This document shows positions 19,348 through 27,194 of a stretch of 64,000 nucleotides of DNA, piece by piece (position 1 is the stretch's first letter; each line of letters begins with the position of its first letter). The position numbers and the translations under genes are program-made. This DNA comes from Myxococcota bacterium (GTDB lineage: Bacteria; Myxococcota_A; SURF-8; G963663525). The stretch is taken from assembly GCA_963676915.2 (NCBI GenBank), contig CAXXVK010000035.1:32001-96000 (forward strand), given 5' to 3'. The notes beneath the pieces were generated by a model. That model made no database searches. It saw nothing but the letters and a program-made list of their open reading frames with translations, and was not told the origin of the DNA.

Positions 19348-20943
19348 ATGGAGCGTGTCATCGGAATCGATCTGGGTACTTCGAATTCCTGCGTAGCTGT
19401 CGTGGAGGGAGACAAAACCATTGTCATTCCCGACGAACGTGGGCGCAAGACCCAAAGTTCGGTAATTTCGTTTTTCCAGGACAACAAAACGCTCGTCGGC
19501 TCCGATGCCCGCGAGCAAATGGTGTATAACCCGGAACATACGGTTTTTTCCTCCAAACGCCTAATTGGCCGAAGCTTCAGTTCGGACGAAGTACAGACGA
19601 TGATCCGCCTCGTGCCTTACCGCATCGAGGAAGGACCGAATAACTCAGTACTGATTCATGCGGGAGAAAAAATCTGGGCGTTGCCGCAATTGAGCGCCAT
19701 GGTGTTGGAGCGGATGAAACGAATCGCCCAGAATTACTTGGGTGAGGACATCAACAAGGCGGTCATCACCGTTCCGGCCAACTTCAACGAAGGCCAGCGT
19801 ATCGCCACCAAGCAGGCGGGTGAACTGGCGGGTTTGAACGTACTGAAGATCATCAATGAGCCGACCGCCGCCGCGTTGTCCTATGGTTTCGGCCAAGGGT
19901 ACGACCAGCGCATCGCCGTTTACGATTTCGGTGGCGGCACGTTCGATATCACCATCCTGGAAATTCACGATGATATTTTCGAAGTCATCACCACCGCCGG
20001 CGATACTTTTCTCGGCGGCGACGACATCGACAACCGCATCGTGCGGATGATCGTCAATTCCTACCAGCGCAATTTCAACGTGAACATCGACGAAGACCCG
20101 GTAGCTCTGTTGCGGGTTCGTTCCGAGGCGGAAAAGGCCAAAATCGCGCTAAGTGCGAAAGATTCGATTCAAATCAAGATTCCGTCCCTGATGTATTCGG
20201 GATCGGGAAAAATCGACCTCAACGTCACGCTTAACCGCTCGAACTTCCAGGCCATTGCCCGCGACGTGATTCAGCAGAGTTTCGTGATCTGCGATGAAGC
20301 GTTCCGGCTGGCGCATCTGGATGTCAGCGATATCGACAACGTAGTGCTGGTCGGCGGAACCACACACATTCCTCTGCTGCGCAAGATGGTCGAGGAATAT
20401 TTCGGCAAACAACCGTATTGGGGAGTTCCGCCCGACGAATCCGTCGCCATGGGTGCCGCCATCCAGGGTTCGATTCTTGCCAACATCAGTTCTGGGATCG
20501 ACGATCCAAGTTCCGACGCGGTGCTGCTGGACGTTACCAGCCTGTCGCTGGGCGTGGGCACGGTCGCGGGACGGATCGAGAAAATCATCGATCGCAACAC
20601 TCCGATTCCGGTCGAGCGCACCCGGCTGTTCACCACATCGAGAGACGGCCAGACCTCCGTTCGCATTCGCGTGTACCAGGGTGAAAGCGAATACGAGGAA
20701 GAAAACGACCTGATGGGCGTTTTGGAGTTGAGCGGTCTCGATCCGGAATCGTTGCGTGGGGAAGTAGAAATCGCCGTAACCTTCGAAATCGATACCAACG
20801 GTATCGTTCAGGTTTCGGCGGTGGACAACAAAACCGGACGCAAGACCACGGCCCGAATCGACCTGCTCGGCGCGGCTCCGCTGGAAGGACTGTTCGATTT
20901 CGACGACGACATGGGAATCGCTCTGATCGACGACGACGATTGA
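19348..20943 (+). CDS. Hsp70/DnaK-family protein lacking the alpha-helical lid
   Basis: GIDLGTSNS, INEPTAAAL, VYDFGGGTFD, LGGDDID, linker VLLDV, SBD-beta (RNTPIP, VYQGE, TFEIDTNG); ends at 531 aa with an acidic tail. Confidence 0.93.
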   Translation: MERVIGIDLGTSNSCVAVVEGDKTIVIPDERGRKTQSSVISFFQDNKTLVGSDAREQMVYNPEHTVFSSKRLIGRSFSSDEVQTMIRLVPYRIEEGPNNSVLIHAGEKIWALPQLSAMVLERMKRIAQNYLGEDINKAVITVPANFNEGQRIATKQAGELAGLNVLKIINEPTAAALSYGFGQGYDQRIAVYDFGGGTFDITILEIHDDIFEVITTAGDTFLGGDDIDNRIVRMIVNSYQRNFNVNIDEDPVALLRVRSEAEKAKIALSAKDSIQIKIPSLMYSGSGKIDLNVTLNRSNFQAIARDVIQQSFVICDEAFRLAHLDVSDIDNVVLVGGTTHIPLLRKMVEEYFGKQPYWGVPPDESVAMGAAIQGSILANISSGIDDPSSDAVLLDVTSLSLGVGTVAGRIEKIIDRNTPIPVERTRLFTTSRDGQTSVRIRVYQGESEYEEENDLMGVLELSGLDPESLRGEVEIAVTFEIDTNGIVQVSAVDNKTGRKTTARIDLLGAAPLEGLFDFDDDMGIALIDDDD

Positions 20944-20969
20944 TTCTGCAACCTTTGGCAAAAGGATAA

Positions 20970-22103
20970 GTGACGATGCCCCGTGTGGTGATTCTCTGCA
21001 CCGACCCGGCGCGCAAAACGTTTGTGGAAAGCGCCTTGAAAGGGCTTGATGCGCCCGTGGTGGAGGAATACGGTCAGCTCGAAAAGGAACTGACTCGTAA
21101 AGCCACGCATATGGTGATCGTCGATGCTTCCCAACATGCCGATATCGCACCGTTTGTCGCTCGTACCGTCCGAAAAAGCCCAAAGGGCGAACACCTGAAA
21201 ATCCTGGTGCTGGCCGAAAAGGCGGAAGAAGATTATTCGAGCTATACCCTCGCCGGTGTGGACGAAGTGATTGTCCCGCCATTGAAGAAAAAGACGTTCC
21301 AGGAAACGGTCCTAAGACATTTAAGACAGTTATCGAAGAAAAAAGACAAAACCGACACGGAAACCACCGAAACGAACGCTGCACCAACGCCGCCCCCCCA
21401 ACTCAAAACGGACCTTCCGCCTTTACCCAAACAAGCGCCACCGCCTAAAGTTGAGCCGCCCGCAGCTCCCCAACCCGCCGAAAAAAAGGCGGTACCCTCC
21501 GAAACGGCGCCTCCGGCATCTTTCGTCAACGATCTCGCAGTGCACATCCAAAAAGCTCTCGGATCGCTGAGCGATGCCGACCGGCAACGGATCGGAGACG
21601 AACGGCTGGCCCAAATTCTGTATTTTTGGAAAAAAATAGACGCTTTCGACTATTACCAGTTCCTCGCCGTTTCTCCCGAAGAAGCCTCCAACACCATCCG
21701 GCGGGCGTATTTCAAGTTGTCGAAAACCTATCATACCGACCGCTTCGCCCTGGTCGAAAACAAGCGCTTTTACGAAGTCTCCAATGGCATCTGGAAGCGA
21801 ATGACGGAAGCCTATCAAATCCTGACGAACCAGGAAAAAAGAACAAAATACGATGCCCTTCTCGCCACCGGTCGCAACCCGGACACAATGCGCTTGATCG
21901 AAAAACAGAAGGAAGAGTATGCCAAAGCTCCCGGTTCGACCTTAAAAGATCCCAACGCTCGGAAATTCTTCAAGCTGGGACTCTCCGCCTATGAAGACGG
22001 CAATTATTCGGCGGCCCTGATGAACTTCAAAATCGCGGAAGGCTCGCAAAAGGGCAACGAGGAACTCGCCGAATACATCCGCAAATGCCAGGAGAAAAAA
22101 TAG
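20970..22103 (+). CDS. Receiver-like domain + Pro-rich linker + J-domain (HTD) + TPR-like protein
   Basis: N-terminal alpha/beta receiver-like fold (VIVDAS); DYYQFLAV..IRRAYFKLSKTYHTDRF..EAYQILTN.EKRTKYD; C-terminal FKLGLSAYEDGNYSAAL. Confidence 0.85.
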   Translation: MTMPRVVILCTDPARKTFVESALKGLDAPVVEEYGQLEKELTRKATHMVIVDASQHADIAPFVARTVRKSPKGEHLKILVLAEKAEEDYSSYTLAGVDEVIVPPLKKKTFQETVLRHLRQLSKKKDKTDTETTETNAAPTPPPQLKTDLPPLPKQAPPPKVEPPAAPQPAEKKAVPSETAPPASFVNDLAVHIQKALGSLSDADRQRIGDERLAQILYFWKKIDAFDYYQFLAVSPEEASNTIRRAYFKLSKTYHTDRFALVENKRFYEVSNGIWKRMTEAYQILTNQEKRTKYDALLATGRNPDTMRLIEKQKEEYAKAPGSTLKDPNARKFFKLGLSAYEDGNYSAALMNFKIAEGSQKGNEELAEYIRKCQEKK

Positions 22104-22347
22104 ACTCGTTCATCTGGTTTCGTCACGATCTTTCCCGAAAACAGGTGTTTTTTCGTGCCTCCCCATGAATGCTTCGCACATGAAAATGAATAAGTCTGGG
22201 GGAGGGAGGGACATGACCTCAAAATTCTCTAAGATATTCCATTCGAAACGACCCATCTGACGACCGATCCTTGCAACCGGAGAGGAGTTGGGATACCCTT
22301 TGCCTGTTGAATGTAGATAAAACCTTAGAATCTCAGGAGAAAACTCC

Positions 22348-24093
22348 ATGACTCCTACGCTTACCCGGATGATCGTTGTCGGATGGTTCGCTTTGACTCT
22401 TTTCTGTGCTTGCGGCAGCGATGACGGCAGCTCGAACGTTGCCGGAGACACGGATACCGACAACGAACTCTCCGAAAATGCCGAGCAGCAGCTATTTCCG
22501 GACTGCGGAACGGGAAGCTATACCGGGAAATATCTGCTGGCCGGTCCGGGAGAAGAGGGTTACGACGCCGAACTGGCACGCAAAGCCCGTCAATACGACC
22601 GCCAGTTCCATACTTTCGTCGCCTATCCGATGGGCGTCAATTGCGACGTGTCGGTCAGCCTTGAATCCACCGAGAAACGCGAGTGGATCGAGCGCTTTCT
22701 TTCCGAGGACGACGGCTGGGATTTCGAAACGTTTTCGGGTGGTTTGACACCTACGGACGCCGTAGACAGCTACCACAAGGTTGCGGGATTGTACGGAGGC
22801 GCGGGAATCGCCGCCGACGCCATGCGCTATGCCGTGTTGCGGGATCAGGGCGCGGATTGCGACGAAATCGACGTGGCACGAAGCCACCTAATCCGCTCGT
22901 TGGAAGCCCTGCACCTGGCGCACGATATCGCCGACGTTCCCGGCGTGGTGGTGAGGGGCTTTATCCGCACCGACATTCCCGGTTACGGTTCCACGACCGA
23001 AACCACGCCGCTTACCGATGAAGAAGGCGTGCCGCTACCTTATGAAAAAGACAACGGAACCTGGCGCGACGACCCGTCGGGCCGTTATCCCAATTACATT
23101 ATGGAAGACAGTTGCAGCCGGGATATGATCCTGGGTTGGGCGATGGCTTCAGCCGTGGCCAAGGAAGTGATTCAGGATGACCCATCTTTTGAGGATTCCT
23201 TGAAAGAACGGCTGGCCTCGGATGCCCATGCGGTGGTGGAAATGCTCCGAACCGTTCGGGAATCGGGTTACGACCTAGAGTTTCTCGACGTGGATGGGCG
23301 CATCACCTACCATGGATACATCAACGAACACTGCGTCGAACGGGAATTGTACGTGGAAAACGGCCTGAACGGCTTCCATGCGATTATGGCGCTGGGGATC
23401 GTCGGAGCGTATGCCTACGCCTCGGGTGATGCCTCCGACGCGGAGTACATCTACAACGAGTTAATCGGACAGCGGAAACTCCCCGAAGCCGCCCGAGACG
23501 ATATGATGTATATCAACATGGGAACGCAGTCCAATTTCAGCAATTACAACATGGCTTTCGTCTCGGCCTGGCTGGCGCAACGCTACCTCGACAACGAAAC
23601 CGCCCGGCAGATCGTTGCCGAAACCACGAACGTGCAATTGTACGACACACCGGATGAAAGCTACCAGCCCAAGGGCGCTCAGATGGCGTTGTACGACTTC
23701 ATTCTGCTGTCCACGACGCTTGACGATCACGCCTTCGGCGACCCGGACGGAACGATCGACGAGGAAGCGCTACAGGACGGTTTGGCGTCGTTGTATGGCT
23801 TTGCCGAACCGCCGTACTGGGATTACGCCGTGGAACAATGCGACGAACAAGAGTTGCAAAGCGGAGATTGCTCTTTCGAAGATGGCACCCAAACCGTGGT
23901 GTTGTTTGAAGGTGGTCGTAAGGGAAGCACCATTTGCGAAGATCCGATCCCCAAAGCCATTCGACGACCCAGCAACTTCGAATGGCGCTCCAACCCCTAC
24001 AATCCCAACGGCGGGGGTGGCGGCTCCAGCCTGCTGCCGGGCGTCGATTTCCGGGTAGCCTACTGGATGGGACGTTTTACGCGGGTACCGTAA
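22348..24093 (+). CDS. Hypothetical lipoprotein (helical, possibly six-hairpin-like)
   Basis: Lipobox-like LFCAC, acidic linker GDTDTDNE, 581 aa. Confidence 0.75.
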   Translation: MTPTLTRMIVVGWFALTLFCACGSDDGSSNVAGDTDTDNELSENAEQQLFPDCGTGSYTGKYLLAGPGEEGYDAELARKARQYDRQFHTFVAYPMGVNCDVSVSLESTEKREWIERFLSEDDGWDFETFSGGLTPTDAVDSYHKVAGLYGGAGIAADAMRYAVLRDQGADCDEIDVARSHLIRSLEALHLAHDIADVPGVVVRGFIRTDIPGYGSTTETTPLTDEEGVPLPYEKDNGTWRDDPSGRYPNYIMEDSCSRDMILGWAMASAVAKEVIQDDPSFEDSLKERLASDAHAVVEMLRTVRESGYDLEFLDVDGRITYHGYINEHCVERELYVENGLNGFHAIMALGIVGAYAYASGDASDAEYIYNELIGQRKLPEAARDDMMYINMGTQSNFSNYNMAFVSAWLAQRYLDNETARQIVAETTNVQLYDTPDESYQPKGAQMALYDFILLSTTLDDHAFGDPDGTIDEEALQDGLASLYGFAEPPYWDYAVEQCDEQELQSGDCSFEDGTQTVVLFEGGRKGSTICEDPIPKAIRRPSNFEWRSNPYNPNGGGGGSSLLPGVDFRVAYWMGRFTRVP

Positions 24094-24393
24094 GGTAACG
24101 CACTGATTTTACCCGAGATTTTTCGTAGACATCTCGATGAACGGGGAGTGCATCCCCGTCCGTATGGTTCTTCCCAAAGAAAAACGTAAAATCAGGACAC
24201 AATCAAACTCCATCTAAAAATCGTCCCAACCCGCCGGACAACGCGTTTTCGTTTTTCTTTCGTCTGTCGTTGGTAGCGTGATAGAAGAAATCGGACACAA
24301 TCCGTTGGAGAAAATCTCCCGATTTGACCCAACGAATGGCTGGTGAAAAACTCCCTTTTTTGCATTACGCTCCCAAAACGTTCGAAAAGGTGA

Positions 24394-26385
24394 ATGATGG
24401 ATACAAAAACTTCAACAGTGCAAAAACATTCGATCCCGAGTCTGACATTCGAGAGGTTTTCCTTCGCACTGCACCTTACGAAAGCGGAAGTGAGCTACGT
24501 TTCTAACCCTGACGGTGAATTGAAGACTTTTTCGGTGGCTCGCCAAACCGATGATGCAGGCTGTCTCGCCGCCCGATCGGACGAGTTGGATGTTTCGGTG
24601 GCGTTTCAAGAAAATGACGGCTGGAGAATCGAGCCGGAACTTGTCACGACGGATCGCGGCGCCGTTCGCCTGGATCGTCTTCGCCTTGTCTGGACATTGC
24701 AAGCGACTCAAGAGACGGGACGAACGTTGTTTTCCTTTTTCAAGAACGGCTGGCAGTCCTGGACGATGAGCCGCTCGTACCGTCCCGAGCAACGCGAGCG
24801 GGTACCGTTCGTACCTTTCGCCAACGCGATGCAGGACAACCCACGCAACCTGTCTTCGGGTAAAACGGGCGAGTTCTGTTCGGACACTTTCGCCCTGATG
24901 GAAGAACTTTCGAAAAACGAAGCGCTTTTCGTGGGACAACGCGGAGAAATGCGCCAGTTTTTCTATATTCGGGCGGCATTCAGTCCCAAACAAGGCGGAA
25001 TTCCCACCCTCGAATTCCAATGGGATCTGGATGGCAAAGAGCTACAGCCCGGCGAACGCCTCGCCCTGGATGCGGCGGAGATTTTCGCGGGGAACCATCC
25101 GAACTGTTTGATGGACCGCTATTTCGAAGCCCAACGTTCGCCACGTCCCATGGCCGAGACGCTACCCACCGGTTGGTGCTCCTGGTATCATTATTACACG
25201 AAAGTCAGCGAGGACGCCGTTCGCAAGAACCTGGAGACCGTAGAGTCCAGACAACCCGGTTGGTCGGTGTTCGTGCTGGATGACGGATACCAGACAGCGG
25301 TGGGCGACTGGCTGAGTTTGAACGAGAAATTCCCCAGCGGTCTGAAAGCCGTAGTCGATGCCATTTGCGAACGGGGAATGACGCCGGGTATCTGGCTGGC
25401 GCCGTTTTCCGCCCTGGATCGTTCGCGGCTTTACCAAGATCATTCGGACTGGACCCTGAAAGACGACCGGGGCCGTCCCGTGCAAGCCGGGTGGAATCCT
25501 TTGTGGCATGTTTTCGGGCATTTTTACGCCATGGACACCACGAATCCCGGCTTTCAAGGCTACCTGCGGCGGGTGATCCGAACCTTTGTTCACGAGTACG
25601 GTTTCCGTTATCTGAAACTCGATTTTTTGTATTCCGCTGCTCTTCACGGTCAAGCCTACGATCCGAGTTTCAGCCCGGCGGAGCGTCTGCAACTCGGGTT
25701 ACAGATCATTCGCGAAGAAGCCGGAGACGACGTGTTTCTGCTGGGTTGCGGTTGTCCGCTGGGTGCGGCGTCGAAAATCGTGGATGCCATGCGTATCGGC
25801 CCGGATGTCGCGCCGTTCTGGTTCGATCCGATCCGCTACCACCTGACCCGCGATCCCCATGCGTTGTGCACGAAATTCGCCATTCGTTCCGTGCTGGCGC
25901 GTGCGGCGATGCACCGCCGGTGGTGGCTCAACGATCCCGATTGCCTGATGCTGCGCGACACCGATACGAAACTGACGCTGGACGAACGCATGGCGCTGGC
26001 CCACGCCATCGTCATCACCGGTGGCATGTATCTGGTGTCCGACGACCTGGGACTGCTTCCCGATGCCACCTGGAACGTACTCGACCGCATTGAAGGCATG
26101 GTGCGCGACTGCGACCGGGGACGTGCCTGGACGCTGGACCTGATGGAGCGGGAATTCCCGGAACTGGTTTACAATTCCAGCGGGTACCTTGCCGTATTCA
26201 ACCTCTCGGACCGTCCTCGTTACAAAACCGACGATCTAAAACCGTATCTCGCCGACGTACTGGAAGAGAACGCCAGCTTTGAAGATGTCTGGACGGGAGA
26301 GGTTTTTTCCTGCAACGGCACCAAACTGGATCTCGGGTTGATTCGCCCACACGCCTCCAGATTGTTGAAATTACGGAAGAAATGA
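24394..26385 (+). CDS. Alpha-galactosidase, glycoside hydrolase family 36
   Basis: GWCSWY, LDDGYQ, KFPSGL, GIWLAPF, YLKLDF (nucleophile), RIGPDV (acid/base), NDPDCL. Confidence 0.9.
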   Translation: MMDTKTSTVQKHSIPSLTFERFSFALHLTKAEVSYVSNPDGELKTFSVARQTDDAGCLAARSDELDVSVAFQENDGWRIEPELVTTDRGAVRLDRLRLVWTLQATQETGRTLFSFFKNGWQSWTMSRSYRPEQRERVPFVPFANAMQDNPRNLSSGKTGEFCSDTFALMEELSKNEALFVGQRGEMRQFFYIRAAFSPKQGGIPTLEFQWDLDGKELQPGERLALDAAEIFAGNHPNCLMDRYFEAQRSPRPMAETLPTGWCSWYHYYTKVSEDAVRKNLETVESRQPGWSVFVLDDGYQTAVGDWLSLNEKFPSGLKAVVDAICERGMTPGIWLAPFSALDRSRLYQDHSDWTLKDDRGRPVQAGWNPLWHVFGHFYAMDTTNPGFQGYLRRVIRTFVHEYGFRYLKLDFLYSAALHGQAYDPSFSPAERLQLGLQIIREEAGDDVFLLGCGCPLGAASKIVDAMRIGPDVAPFWFDPIRYHLTRDPHALCTKFAIRSVLARAAMHRRWWLNDPDCLMLRDTDTKLTLDERMALAHAIVITGGMYLVSDDLGLLPDATWNVLDRIEGMVRDCDRGRAWTLDLMEREFPELVYNSSGYLAVFNLSDRPRYKTDDLKPYLADVLEENASFEDVWTGEVFSCNGTKLDLGLIRPHASRLLKLRKK

Positions 26386-26544
26386 CAAAACGTTGGAAGG
26401 ATGGAAGCAATTCCACCATGAGCTTAAGATCTGGAGAAAGACCTGAAGGATACAAATACAGTCCTAGTGTTGTATCCTGGAGCCTCCAGAACCATAAAAG
26501 CCAAGAAACCCCACCGACAAAAAATATTGAAAAATACGCAATAT

Positions 26545-26557
26545 AATCAATACCTTA
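26545..26557 (+). promoter_or_regulatory. Possible IHF site
   Basis: AATCAA-TACC-TTA fits WATCAANNNNTTR within an AT-rich intergenic region. Confidence 0.3.
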
Positions 26558-26876
26558 GAAGAAGGCATCGGAAAAACCTTACAATTCATACATTGAATAT
26601 ATTCATAACCGAAAAGAAAATCATTATTAATATCGGCAAGTTAGAGAATTTCTAAAGCTTTAGAACGCTCCGTGCGATTTGAAGCAAGAATTTCGGGGAA
26701 AATTTTCAGAAAAAAAGTATTTTTAATATAGTGACAACAATATACACAAGTCCTTGAAAACAGGGAGGGATTGGCGCGCTGTTCAGGAAGTGAACAATGT
26801 TGTTTTTTTCGACGTTAAATTGCCCTGAAATTCGCTAAATGACCTGAAATAAACCGTTTTTTCATCTTGCGACTGC

Positions 26877-26925
26877 ACACTATATACGGTAGGGTCGTTT
26901 AAATGGATCACACCATATATGGGGT
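26877..26925 (+). promoter_or_regulatory. Tandem NrdR boxes
   Basis: ACACTATATACGGTAG (26877) and ACACCATATATGGGGT (26910) vs consensus ACACWATATATWGTGT; 33 bp apart; upstream of the RNR gene. Confidence 0.75.
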
Positions 26926-26941
26926 GGTAAAAAATTTTTCT

Positions 26942-26970
26942 TTGACAATTTTCCGTTTGCCAAGTAGCTT
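26942..26970 (+). promoter_or_regulatory. Putative sigma70 promoter for nrdJ
   Basis: TTGACA-17 bp-TAGCTT immediately downstream of the NrdR boxes. Confidence 0.55.
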
Positions 26971-27194
26971 GAATACACGAACCGACGACGTGCGAAAAGG
27001 TTGGTTCGAAACCAAAATAAAACGAAGCAGGGAAAAGCGTAACTCCGCAGAACCATACAGGTTTGTCAATTTCCGAGCCAAGCGGAAAACAGGATTGTTT
27101 TGGCCTGAATTCGGCGAACGCGGAGAGAAAAGAACAGCGATAACACATCATGAAACACATCACGGACATCATCCGATACCGATAAGGAGGCGAC

